Virus record (IMG/VR): IMGVR_UViG_3300006155_000002
Strand: one strand, 5' to 3'
DNA: 64,000 bases
Origin: a virus
Lineage: Duplodnaviria; Caudoviricetes
In this document: positions 32,391 through 41,810 of the stretch, piece after piece
How the letters are laid out: each line of letters begins with the position of its first letter
Position numbering within the stretch: position 1 is the first letter of the stretch
The notes under the pieces: generated by a model
Told to the model about the DNA's origin: nothing
What the model saw: the letters and a program-made list of their open reading frames with translations, nothing else
The model's database searches: none
Made by a program: the position numbers and the translations under genes

Positions 32391-33311
32391 TCACCTCTGT
32401 CTCTTCAAGAACTGGAACATATCTTCAATGCTTGCTGTGACGTCATACCGTTCAGTACAGCATGAGTTCTTGGCAAACTTTCCTTCGACTGCGTCAATAT
32501 ACATAGAAGCAGATGTGAATGCTCCATCCCTTCCATCATCCCCCATGTAAAATTCCGCCCACTGTTCCTCCGTCATAAGACGCTCGACGCTGAGCTGTCC
32601 AATGGCGAGATTGTCGAAGCTGATGGCCTTGAAGCTGCCAGCTCGCACTGCTTTCTCGACAGCGTAGAACATATCAGTTCTTTTACTGGTGATGTGTTCC
32701 CTGTGCTGTGACAGATTGGTCTCCCCACGACGAAAATCCTTGTATCCAAGAATCAAAATCTTCAGGCCATTATCCGCCAGCGACCAGAATCCTTTCATGG
32801 AAATCATGCCGTTAATAATGTGAATGACGGCGTTTGGAAATTGCTTGACCGCTTGGATGAACTCTGGAGTGTCCTCTGCCCAATCCAAGTAGGAGACGCC
32901 AAGCCCATAAATCAACCCCTGCTCCGTCAAATTCTGGAGCAGGGGCAGATTCTTCATGAAATGAACTTTATTGACCGTGATGTTTGGAATCAGTTTCCGA
33001 TCCTTGAGCTGTTGAAGAAATGGAAGCAGATCTGGATGGGCAAGAGGATTTCCACCGCCGATTGCCAGTTCCGTGTACGGATGAATGGAATCCAGGAAGG
33101 GCAGGTGGAGAATATCTCCATGCTTTCCATCTGGCCTTGAATCCTCATGGCACATAACACAGCCCATGTCACATTGGTTGGTAATCTTGATGTCGAACGA
33201 TTCTGGAAACGCTGCCTCAAAGAAATCGAGGTCGTTCTCACGAATCTTCGTGCCGTCGCTGTAGAGTCGGACATGATAGTTTCCATTGGTATATGCGCCA
33301 AGAAGACTCAT
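32391..33311 (-). CDS. radical SAM protein
   Basis: CDMGCVMC (CxxxCxxC), GGGNPL. Confidence 0.9.
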   Translation of the reverse strand: MSLLGAYTNGNYHVRLYSDGTKIRENDLDFFEAAFPESFDIKITNQCDMGCVMCHEDSRPDGKHGDILHLPFLDSIHPYTELAIGGGNPLAHPDLLPFLQQLKDRKLIPNITVNKVHFMKNLPLLQNLTEQGLIYGLGVSYLDWAEDTPEFIQAVKQFPNAVIHIINGMISMKGFWSLADNGLKILILGYKDFRRGETNLSQHREHITSKRTDMFYAVEKAVRAGSFKAISFDNLAIGQLSVERLMTEEQWAEFYMGDDGRDGAFTSASMYIDAVEGKFAKNSCCTERYDVTASIEDMFQFLKRQR

Positions 33312-33339
33312 CTGCAAAACTCCTCGTATAATAAGATTT

Positions 33340-33640
33340 GCAGAAGAATTTTAAGTGTATCTGCATAGTGCACTCCGTTTGGCCAACAGGTTTTAAGATA
33401 CCCATGATACAATAGCTGTAGGACAGCAGGGTCAAGCTCTCAAACTCCTGGTTGAGCCGCAAGGCTGCTTCATAGAAAGTCCGTCCCCCTGAGCCGAAAG
33501 TTAGCTGCAAACTCATTAGCTGTTTGCCGGGAATGGAGCCGCCCTTTTAGCAGTGAGGGCTATCGCATTGGCGCGCCCCGGAATGATTCTAATACGCGAG
33601 GTTGCGGATGCTCCGGTTATCATGGGTATCTCAAAGCCTG
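33340..33640 (+). ncRNA. IS110 bridge RNA (left non-coding end)
   Basis: Contains CAAACTCCT and GAAAG matching target flanks, and ATACG matching the donor; boundaries approximate. Confidence 0.7.
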
Positions 33641-33675
33641 CTGGTCTGAAATTCCCACACAGGGAGGTGAAAACT

Positions 33676-34899
33676 GTGAACCCACTATTTGTAGGCATTG
33701 ACGTGAGCAGCAAAAACAATGTTACCTACCTGATGAAGCCGGACGGCAGCAAGCACAGCAGTTTTTCCGTGCAAAACAACCTGGGCGGTGCTAAACTGAT
33801 GTCAGAGAAGATTGTGTCGGCGCTGGAGGCCATGCGGCTCAGCGATGTGGTGATTGGCCTGGAGGCTACGTCCATCTATGGGGACGGCCTGGTCTGTGCC
33901 CTCCGAGAAGACGGGCGGCTGGGGCGATATCAGCGGAAGATCCATGTGCTCAATCCCAAGCAGGTCAGGAAATTCAAAGACTCTTATCCAGACCTGCCCA
34001 AGAATGACTGGGTGGACGCCTTTGTCATCGCCGACCATCTCCGCTTCGGCAGGATCGGCAAGGAGGTCTACATGGACGATTACCGCTACAAATCCCTGCA
34101 AACCCTCACTAGGGCCAGATTTGACGTTGTGCAGAACCTGACACGAGAGAAGCAGCACTTCGCCAATTACCTGTTCCTCAAATGTTCCGGCATGGCCCAG
34201 GACAAGGACATTGCCAATTCCAGCGCCACTACCATTGCGCTGATGGAGCGGTTTGAAACGGCGGACGAACTGGCCTACGCCGATTTGGATGAGTTGACCA
34301 GGTTCATTAGTGAAACCGGGCGCAACTTTGCAGACCCGGCAGCGAAAGCAAAGGCTATCCAAGCCGCTGCCAAAAACTCCTATCGTCTGCCCACTATGGT
34401 GAATTGTTCTGTGAACCAGGCGATGGCTGTTTCTATCGCAACGATGCGAGCCCTGGAAAAGCAGATCAAAATCCTGGACAAATCCATTGAGCAGCAGTTT
34501 CAAATCATCCCCAACACCCTGACCTCTGTCCCCGGCATCGGAAAGGTCTACTCCGCCGGTATCATTGCCGAGATCGGTGACATCCGCCGATTTAACTCCC
34601 AGGCGTCCGTTGCCAAATACGCCGGCCTTGTTTGGACACAGCACCAGTCCGGCGACTTCGAGGCCCAGCACACCAAACTCATCAAATCCGGCAACCGCTA
34701 TCTCCGTTACTACCTGCTGGAAGCCGCCAACTCTGTGAGAAGATGCGACTCTGAGTTCCGGCGCTACTATGACCTCAAATTCAAGGAGGTCAATCAGTTC
34801 CAGCATAAACGCGCACTCGCTTTAACTGCCAGAAAACTGGTTCGGTTGGTCTATCGGCTGCTGATGGACAACCGCCTATATATCCCGCCGGAGGGCTGA
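33676..34899 (+). CDS. IS110 DEDD transposase/recombinase
   Basis: VGIDVS, LEAT, KNDWVDA, SVPGIG, QSG; GTG after GGAGGTG. Confidence 0.95.
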   Translation: MNPLFVGIDVSSKNNVTYLMKPDGSKHSSFSVQNNLGGAKLMSEKIVSALEAMRLSDVVIGLEATSIYGDGLVCALREDGRLGRYQRKIHVLNPKQVRKFKDSYPDLPKNDWVDAFVIADHLRFGRIGKEVYMDDYRYKSLQTLTRARFDVVQNLTREKQHFANYLFLKCSGMAQDKDIANSSATTIALMERFETADELAYADLDELTRFISETGRNFADPAAKAKAIQAAAKNSYRLPTMVNCSVNQAMAVSIATMRALEKQIKILDKSIEQQFQIIPNTLTSVPGIGKVYSAGIIAEIGDIRRFNSQASVAKYAGLVWTQHQSGDFEAQHTKLIKSGNRYLRYYLLEAANSVRRCDSEFRRYYDLKFKEVNQFQHKRALALTARKLVRLVYRLLMDNRLYIPPEG

Positions 34900-35064
34900 G
34901 CAAGCTGCTCGCTGCTCTGACGAACAGGCCCTGTTTCAAAAATTTGCAGGGACAGGGCCTGGGTTGGTGTTGCCTTTTTTCTGCCTCCTTAACTCTTTTG
35001 GATCAATTTCCTCTGAATTTTTTGTGCATCACCTACTTGACTTCATACCATTAGACTTTACTCT

Positions 35065-35349
35065 TTATCCATCGTACCCGTATTCCCCGAATGCCACCAT
35101 CTCATCGCCGCTTGGTGTCGTGAATGGGTGGCAGTAATATTCCATATCACTCCCGAAATCGGTTTCACGCTGATACCGATAAGGTTCGGTCTTGAGAAGA
35201 AGCTCAGAATACGGAACAAGCTTTTCATCGTAGCAGTCATACATCATCTCGTTTTCCTCAAACAGTTTGTACTGCTCCTTAGTGCAGATAACAATACTAT
35301 GTGTAGAGCTGCTGTTGGTTTCAAAGACACTGTGTCTTACTTGTCTCAT
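35065..35349 (-). CDS. FETNSSSTHS-motif protein (paralog 2)
   Basis: MRQVRHSVFETNSSSTHSI; abutted the radical SAM gene before IS insertion. Confidence 0.75.
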   Translation of the reverse strand: MRQVRHSVFETNSSSTHSIVICTKEQYKLFEENEMMYDCYDEKLVPYSELLLKTEPYRYQRETDFGSDMEYYCHPFTTPSGDEMVAFGEYGYDG

Positions 35350-35377
35350 GGTTCCTCCTTACAATAAAACTCACGTT

Positions 35378-36115
35378 TTACGGTACAAAATGCGGCATAG
35401 GAAGGAGCTTGTGCCGATTGCGGGCGTGCAGCTCCTGGATTTTGTAGTCGATATCCTTGTCGCCACACGTCCCTTCCTCGATGAAAGTGTCAAGCTGCGC
35501 ATATGTAAAGCCAAGGTTGTCCTCATCGGTCTTGTCACACAGACCATCAGCTGGGGTCTTATCGACAAGTCCCTTTGGAATCGGAAGCTCATACCCAATC
35601 TGCCGCACCTCGTGAACCATGAGATTGGCAAGTGGGCTAAAGTCCCCAGCACTGTCACCGAACTTGGTGGAGTAACCAACGTAATCCTCGGACATATTGC
35701 AGGTGTTGGCAACCCGTCCGCCATTCGGCAGGGACTGGGCGACAGCATAGAGCGTCGCCATGCGAATTCTGGCAGGCAGATTGATATTTGCCTGCTCTGA
35801 TAATGGCCGGAAACCTTCATGAATAACCTGCTGAAGACAGAACAATGGATATCCGATCTCGATAAGAGATGGATTGATTCCTAAACAATCCGTCACTGTA
35901 TAACTGTCATCAATATCCTCCTGCACATTATTTGGCATAAGAACACCGACAACCCGATCTTTGCCGAGCGCTTCGACACACAGGGCGGCGACCACCGTAC
36001 TGTCCTTGCCACCAGAAATGCCTACAACAGCACTGCACTTTGGGCCGTTTTGAGCAAAATAGTCACGAATCCACTGAACAATTTCATTCTTCGTTTTCTT
36101 TGGGTCAGAAAGCAT
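35378..36115 (-). CDS. nadE: NH3-dependent NAD+ synthetase
   Basis: GISGGKDS, NLPARIRM, GYSTKFGD, PADGL. Confidence 0.92.
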   Translation of the reverse strand: MLSDPKKTKNEIVQWIRDYFAQNGPKCSAVVGISGGKDSTVVAALCVEALGKDRVVGVLMPNNVQEDIDDSYTVTDCLGINPSLIEIGYPLFCLQQVIHEGFRPLSEQANINLPARIRMATLYAVAQSLPNGGRVANTCNMSEDYVGYSTKFGDSAGDFSPLANLMVHEVRQIGYELPIPKGLVDKTPADGLCDKTDEDNLGFTYAQLDTFIEEGTCGDKDIDYKIQELHARNRHKLLPMPHFVP

Positions 36116-36599
36116 TACTATACCTCTTTTTCCATAGTTCTACTGTGTACTGCTGACCAAGAACTTGATCAATTAGACCATACACAATATTCCAGTCTCC
36201 ACCGGCGAGACCGCAGCCAATCTTATATGGCATGGCAATCGCAGAACCGGCAGGAACAATGTGTTTGAGCTTTTCAAGGCAGTATTCAAAAGCCTTATAG
36301 TCCGTGTAGCATTGACCATCATATCCGTACCTGTCTTGAGCGAACATATTGACGATGGTTCTCAAACCAGTTTCGGTTCGCTCATCCTTGCAGTAGACGT
36401 GCTGGATGCGGCCAAGCAACTCACTTGGGTTGCTCTTCTCTCGATTGTAAGCAAGCCGATAGCGCTCATACGCCAGCGGGTACAGCTCACGAATCTGTTT
36501 GGCAACACCGCTCCCCATCTTGCCACGGCAATTTACTTGGTGGCAAATGGTAGGGGCGGTTGTTTGGAACAGGTCTCCATCAATGACTTTGATTGCCAT
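36105..36599 (-). CDS. macro domain protein (ADP-ribose processing)
   Basis: GDLF, HQVNC..MGSGVA, PYKIGCGLAGGDW. Confidence 0.88.
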   Translation of the reverse strand: MAIKVIDGDLFQTTAPTICHQVNCRGKMGSGVAKQIRELYPLAYERYRLAYNREKSNPSELLGRIQHVYCKDERTETGLRTIVNMFAQDRYGYDGQCYTDYKAFEYCLEKLKHIVPAGSAIAMPYKIGCGLAGGDWNIVYGLIDQVLGQQYTVELWKKRYSNAF

Positions 36600-38086
36600 C
36601 AGAACCGGCCTCCATGGAGATTCTGGCGCACTTCATCCAGCGTAAACTTCTTGATGATATCACCATTCTTGAACACGGTCTGAAGCTCATTGTTCTCCTG
36701 AGCCTCGGCCCAAGTCAGGCCATCCTCGTAGGTGTAGTTGTCGCCGTCCTTGACCACACGGCAACAGCCCATCTGGGATTTCTTAAAGTGGCCGGTGTCG
36801 GTTTTGGGGTTCTTGAAAATCATGATGGGTTTGCCGTCAGCGTCCTCTGCATAGGTGGCCTTCACGGCGATACCGAAGGTATCACGGGTATATGGAGCAT
36901 AGGACTTCTGTTCAGCGTCCATTGTCTCAAGACATTGCATGGAGAAGGAGCCAACACCCAGCGCCACGTTGTTGATAGCAAACCCATTGTTCTCCAGAAT
37001 CTGATAGACCTGCTGGCAACGCTGCGGCGTGATGCTGTCGCCATACAGCGCCTTGACATGAGAGTCCAAAACCTTGAACCCCTTACTGTTCACAGTGCCG
37101 CCAAAGATATCCCACAGGCGGAACACGGTCTCGGTCACAACCTGAACTGGGTCACCGCTGTCGCCACGGATGGAGATGCACCCGTCATGTGCCAGAATCT
37201 CATCCTTGAGTTGCGGCAGGATGTTGTCCACCAGATTCCAGTAGTCATAGCTGTCGCTGACCATAGAGAAACTCTGGTGTGGATAGATTTCAGTCAGCAG
37301 ACGGCGGATATGGGTAATCTCATCGCCATCAATGGCAAAGTTGGAGCACATAACGCTATGTTCGGTGGACAGAGCGCCGTATGCAACTGGCTCATGCACA
37401 CAATCGCAGTCGTAGTTATCCTCCAGCCAAAGAATGGCAGGGACGGTGGCCGTATTCAGGAAACTGAGGCAGAAAGCGGCGGAGCTCTTGGTGGCGCTTT
37501 CCACACTCTCCTGACCGCGCATAGAAAAATCGCCAAGGAGCCGTGCCCGAACCACACTGTCATCACAGGTGCGCTCGGCGTACTCATTGACGATTTGACG
37601 GTAGCGATAACCCACCTCGGCGGAAACCTGGGTGTGCCACATAGTGCAGGAAAGCATGGTCTCAATGGAGTTGACCAGCCACACGAAGTCCGGGTGAGTG
37701 TTGGAAATTTCAATTTGAGGCACCTTGATATTGGTGCGGGTTCCCTCCGGCACCGCCCGAATCTCCAGAGGCAGATAGCCGAGGTTGTGCAGAGCTTTCA
37801 GCCGCTGGATGCCAACGCCGTCTGTGTTAATAGTAGAGTTGAGAACACGCTTGTACTCATGCATCACATTTTCCCAATCCTCTACAAAGAAATTGATATT
37901 GAATACGTCGATAAGGTATTCTTTGATGAATGACTGAAGGCCAAACATCGTTACCTTATCAGTGTCGTCCAGCCGCGTCATGCGCGGCGTGTAGTAGGAC
38001 ACCATCTTGGTCAAAGTCTGCGGATACTGCTCTGCGTGGGCCGTCTTGTAGAAATCCAGGCAGAGTAGGGGATTGTAGTAAATCAT
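36599..38086 (-). CDS. nicotinamide/nicotinate phosphoribosyltransferase family (NAMPT/Namat-like)
   Basis: DFYKTAH, DFSMRG, TEHSVM, VSDSYD, RGDSGDP, GVGS, KKS. Confidence 0.9.
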   Translation of the reverse strand: MIYYNPLLCLDFYKTAHAEQYPQTLTKMVSYYTPRMTRLDDTDKVTMFGLQSFIKEYLIDVFNINFFVEDWENVMHEYKRVLNSTINTDGVGIQRLKALHNLGYLPLEIRAVPEGTRTNIKVPQIEISNTHPDFVWLVNSIETMLSCTMWHTQVSAEVGYRYRQIVNEYAERTCDDSVVRARLLGDFSMRGQESVESATKSSAAFCLSFLNTATVPAILWLEDNYDCDCVHEPVAYGALSTEHSVMCSNFAIDGDEITHIRRLLTEIYPHQSFSMVSDSYDYWNLVDNILPQLKDEILAHDGCISIRGDSGDPVQVVTETVFRLWDIFGGTVNSKGFKVLDSHVKALYGDSITPQRCQQVYQILENNGFAINNVALGVGSFSMQCLETMDAEQKSYAPYTRDTFGIAVKATYAEDADGKPIMIFKNPKTDTGHFKKSQMGCCRVVKDGDNYTYEDGLTWAEAQENNELQTVFKNGDIIKKFTLDEVRQNLHGGRF

Positions 38087-38097
38087 ATTACTCCCTC

Positions 38098-38901
38098 CTA
38101 AATAACAGTTATCTTGTCGTGCTCACCACGATAGATGCTGTCTGTCGTGAAAACGTGCTGAATCATACCATCTGTCAACACAGAACCTTTGAAGATGGTG
38201 TTCTCACAGTGTGTGACATATAGGTAAATCGTTTTGGCGCCAGCATTTTTCAAAGCAGCGGCCGTATGTGTAAATGTCCCGCCACGGGAACAGATATCGT
38301 CCACAATCAGAATTGTGCGGCCATCCACCTTCTCAGGTGTAGTCAGTTCCAGACGTTCAATCTGGCCAGTTCTCCAGTCCCGATGTTTAATACCAAAGAT
38401 ATACTCGACTTCCATCAGTTCCGAGTACCTCTTGGCAGCACCCTCGTCTGGGTAGCAGAGCAAGAGGTCGTCTGCACCGATGGTGTCGATTGCTTCTTGG
38501 ATGAACTCTTTCGGCTGAACAACGAGCACATTGTTGATAAGTGCTGTTGATACATTGGAGTGCGGGTCAAGCACGACCACACGCTCGAAGCAAAGCTCGT
38601 TGATGAAGTTAGCAAACCACTTCAACGTGAATACTTCGTCCTTATTCTTTACTCTGTCCATCCTGGCATTTGGGATGTATGGCATATAGAGATAAATAGC
38701 GGCATCACTGCCAGCAACAGAACGGATGTGGTTCACCAGATACCACAACAAAATGCACTCAACATCTCCGTCATACTGCCAATCGATTTCATACCGCTCC
38801 CAGTCCAAACGGTTAATGCTCTCGTCTATGTTAAAGCGAAAGGATGATGTATTGTCGGGAAATCGGGTGAACTCCACGGTTTTCCCATTCACCAAAATCA
38901 T
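38098..38901 (-). CDS. ribose-phosphate pyrophosphokinase-like (Adps-like)
   Basis: PYIPNARMDR, DPHS, YPDEGA, IVDDICSRGGT. Confidence 0.88.
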   Translation of the reverse strand: MILVNGKTVEFTRFPDNTSSFRFNIDESINRLDWERYEIDWQYDGDVECILLWYLVNHIRSVAGSDAAIYLYMPYIPNARMDRVKNKDEVFTLKWFANFINELCFERVVVLDPHSNVSTALINNVLVVQPKEFIQEAIDTIGADDLLLCYPDEGAAKRYSELMEVEYIFGIKHRDWRTGQIERLELTTPEKVDGRTILIVDDICSRGGTFTHTAAALKNAGAKTIYLYVTHCENTIFKGSVLTDGMIQHVFTTDSIYRGEHDKITVI

Positions 38902-38904
38902 CTC

Positions 38905-39459
38905 TTATCCCTCCCAGTTCTCAATATTGATCTGACACATCTTCATGGCCTTGAGAGCGTTTTTGTGGCTTTCCGGCGTCGCACCAGCGCAGCAGGATGC
39001 GTCTACCGTTATCTTGACCTCCGGCAGAAACGCCTTGATGAGAAGAGCGTTGGAGATAACGCAGATATCGGTGCAGAGGCCGACCAGAATGACCTCGTTG
39101 ATACAGCTACCCGTCTCGTTCTTGAGACGAAGATATTCGCCGAGCGCAGCGGAACCAAACGTGTTCTTTTTGAATGTCGCCGCCCACTTCTTTTGGCCGA
39201 GTTCATCTGCCAAAACATCAGGCAGGCACCATCCGTGCTCGCTTGTGATACAGTGTTCAACCGGAAGATACTGCCCCTCCTGGGTTTTCAGATAGTTTTT
39301 GCCATGAGAGTCGAGTGTTACAACAATCTCGCCGCTAAACTCCTTCACCTTCTCAATCACGTTCGGAAGAATGGCTTTTGCCTCCGTAGTTCCAAGAGAA
39401 CCGTCAATGAAATCGTTTTGCATATCTACAACCACTAAAACTTTCACAGTCCTTTTCAC
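38905..39459 (-). CDS. pncA: nicotinamidase/isochorismatase family
   Basis: VVDMQNDF, DSH, HC, GLCTDICV. Confidence 0.85.
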   Translation of the reverse strand: MKRTVKVLVVVDMQNDFIDGSLGTTEAKAILPNVIEKVKEFSGEIVVTLDSHGKNYLKTQEGQYLPVEHCITSEHGWCLPDVLADELGQKKWAATFKKNTFGSAALGEYLRLKNETGSCINEVILVGLCTDICVISNALLIKAFLPEVKITVDASCCAGATPESHKNALKAMKMCQINIENWEG

Positions 39460-39464
39460 TCCTT

Positions 39465-39968
39465 TTATTCTTTGTAGTATTCTTCATGCCGATATTTGGC
39501 GTAAATACAGGTGTCCGTCCCAACATTATCGTTCCCTGTCAGAACAAAACTTTCATCAGAAAACAAAAACCGCAACAGGCGGCTACGGCTTCTGAGAATA
39601 CCTTCCACAAATTTTAGCAGGTCTCCCTCTTCTGCATGATCCACATAAGCATTTTCGCACAACGAAATTGATTTGCCATAGTATTCAGCCTGCTCAAAGT
39701 CACAATCAACTCCTACATCGCTGAGAATTGCGAATATTTTGTTCTTCGCAAATTCTACATCATCTCTGTTATATAGACAGAGCATTGCCGCATATAGATA
39801 AGCTGCTTTGTCCTCTGGTGTTTCCAGCTTTCTTTCCTCCCATCCGAAATTTTGACAGTGGAAACAAAGCTTCTCTGGGTACATTTCTGTGTTTCTGCTT
39901 TTAGTGATACAGATGCTATGTGTGCTGCTGGAATTGGTTTCAAATACTAAATGTCGCACTTGCCGCAT
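39465..39968 (-). CDS. FETNSSSTHS-motif protein (paralog 3)
   Basis: MRQVRHLVFETNSSSTHSI; YVDH. Confidence 0.75.
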   Translation of the reverse strand: MRQVRHLVFETNSSSTHSICITKSRNTEMYPEKLCFHCQNFGWEERKLETPEDKAAYLYAAMLCLYNRDDVEFAKNKIFAILSDVGVDCDFEQAEYYGKSISLCENAYVDHAEEGDLLKFVEGILRSRSRLLRFLFSDESFVLTGNDNVGTDTCIYAKYRHEEYYKE

Positions 39969-39994
39969 TTTGTCTTTCTCCTTCTATATCAATT

Positions 39995-40211
39995 ACTCTG
40001 TAATCTGTCATTACAGATGTCGGGCTATGTTCGGGCCGACATCTGTGATGATACCCAGGAGACGAGCGGAGCGGCGCGACTTCGTCAGGCGCCAGCCTGA
40101 CTTCGTCGCGCTCGCGCAGCGAGGAAACCAGCAAATTCATACTCTGATTTACAATACAGAGTGTCTGCTTTATGTATGGTTTGGTTATAACAGACAATTA
40201 CATTACAGAGT
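39995..40211 (-). ncRNA. retron-like msr/msd cassette 5
   Basis: IR ACTCTGTAAT/ATTACAGAGT, G at stem end (40201), shared hairpin 40142-40161, two strong msd hairpins. Confidence 0.8.
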
Positions 40212-40411
40212 TTTGCAGCCTTGAAGAAGCGATGAAAGGGCGAAGCTCCAGAGGGATCATTTATGATCCGAATGGAGCTTCTACCTTTCGAGCTTCTTTG
40301 ATATTGCTGAGCGAGTTACTCGCTCAGCAGATTAAACCTACCATTACGAACCTCCGATTTACAATACGGAGTGCCCTATGTATGACGACTACGGGCTAAC
40401 ACGCTGCAAAA
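40211..40411 (-). ncRNA. retron-like msr/msd cassette 4
   Basis: IR TTTTGCAGC/GCTGCAAAA, G at 40402, covaried hairpin CTCCG-ATTTACAATA-CGGAG. Confidence 0.8.
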
Positions 40412-40414
40412 AAG

Positions 40415-41041
40415 TTATTGTTCTTGGAAGGAGTACATGACTTCTGTCCACTTTCCCGGTCTCAAATATGTGATATAGACCTTGTCAAACGCCCAGGAGC
40501 CGACGTCGTTTATTCCTTTTTCGCCACGATAGTCTCCTCCGCCCAACCCATTTCCGACACAAGTCAAAAGCGGCAGTGGATTGATGCACCAAAGTTCTGA
40601 AGATCCATACCGCCTACCCAATGAGTTTTGTTTCACATACTGCTCCATATCAACATAGCATTGTTTTGTGCAGTTCACCAGATAACATTCGGTGTGATCC
40701 ATATCGAGATGAAACTGCGGCTCGTCCGGATCGATATATGACACATAAATGCCATCCGATTCGTCTCCCCACACGCTCCGATATCTTTTCTGAAATTCAC
40801 TGGCGCTGGTAATAAAACCATCGCCGAGATTGCATTTATTCACGACAGCGGAGTCTGAATAATCACCTAACCATGCCAAACGTGTCGGATTGTCCTTTAT
40901 TTCGTTGAGCACTGCATTTACAAAATTATTGCCGATCCATGAGTGCTCCATCAGTTTAAGCCCATTATCAAAGGCATGAGAATATGCTGCCCTCTCTGTG
41001 CCATCCTCATGAATCAACAACGGCTTATAATATTGCCCCAT
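40415..41041 (-). CDS. phage hypothetical protein
   Basis: MGQYY...GLKLMEHSW...PLPLLT..GNGLGGGDY. Confidence 0.75.
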   Translation of the reverse strand: MGQYYKPLLIHEDGTERAAYSHAFDNGLKLMEHSWIGNNFVNAVLNEIKDNPTRLAWLGDYSDSAVVNKCNLGDGFITSASEFQKRYRSVWGDESDGIYVSYIDPDEPQFHLDMDHTECYLVNCTKQCYVDMEQYVKQNSLGRRYGSSELWCINPLPLLTCVGNGLGGGDYRGEKGINDVGSWAFDKVYITYLRPGKWTEVMYSFQEQ

Positions 41042-41457
41042 TAAACCGCCACCCCCAAAATCTCCATAAAGTTGCCAGCATCAATTTCTTCCTCTTCATC
41101 TACAGCATATATTGAAGGAGCACAATTTTTTTCCTCTTCTTCGTCATCTCTCTCGTCCCATTCAGCATAGCTATCCATGTGTTGAAGTACATCTTCTTTA
41201 TAATCGTCGAAACAATAATCTGCATCTTCATAGCCGCCGTAACCGTCTTCGCGGTAATACAAGCTATCTGTCGGAATGTCTTGGACAAGGTCGCGGAGAT
41301 TCAGCCAGCTTCGTGATGTTCTGGCGAGGTCAAGGATGATTTCATTCAAATAGTCTGCGTCATAGATATCATCGCAGATATCAATACCATGATCCTGACA
41401 AACCATAATCAGATCACCAAATGAAGTGACTTCTTCAATAAACTCTTGGCGTGTCAT
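41041..41457 (-). CDS. acidic hypothetical protein
   Basis: MTRQEF start after AGGAG. Confidence 0.7.
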   Translation of the reverse strand: MTRQEFIEEVTSFGDLIMVCQDHGIDICDDIYDADYLNEIILDLARTSRSWLNLRDLVQDIPTDSLYYREDGYGGYEDADYCFDDYKEDVLQHMDSYAEWDERDDEEEEKNCAPSIYAVDEEEEIDAGNFMEILGVAV

Positions 41458-41480
41458 TGGAAGGCTCCTTTCTCTTAAGA

Positions 41481-41555
41481 TGGTGACCCGAACGGGATTC
41501 GAACCCGTGCTACCGCCGTGAAAGGGCGGTGTCTTAACCGCTTGACTACCGGGCC
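41481..41555 (-). tRNA. tRNA-Glu(TTC)
   Basis: Cloverleaf, CCA end. Confidence 0.95.
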
Positions 41556-41558
41556 AGG

Positions 41559-41634
41559 TGGTCTGAGTGGCGAGTCTCGAACTCGCGGCCTCGTGATCCC
41601 AAATCACGCGCTCTGCCAACTGAGCTACACCCAG
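41559..41634 (-). tRNA. tRNA-Pro(TGG)
   Basis: Cloverleaf, CCA end. Confidence 0.93.
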
Positions 41635-41658
41635 AAATAAAGCCCACTTATTGTGGGC

Positions 41659-41734
41659 TGGAGTGGGAAACGGGACTTGAACCCGCAACTTCCGGCTTGG
41701 AAGGACGGCACTCTACCAATTGAGTTATTCCCAC
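41659..41734 (-). tRNA. tRNA-Gly(TCC)
   Basis: Cloverleaf, CCA end. Confidence 0.92.
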
Positions 41735-41810
41735 AAAAATCGACGGTTCTAAAAACAGAGCCGGTGTAGACACCAGCATCTTGGAAACTCCCCGTCATGT
41801 TTTGAGCTTC

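Larger units (their letters stand above)
33323..35057 (+). mobile_element. IS110-family element, copy 1
   Basis: Identical to 56937-58671; CT dinucleotide at both ends, no TIRs. Confidence 0.93.

Noticed and set aside
41458-41688. N-terminal part of the ORF 41041-41688
   Set aside because: Runs through three tRNA genes; real start at 41457.
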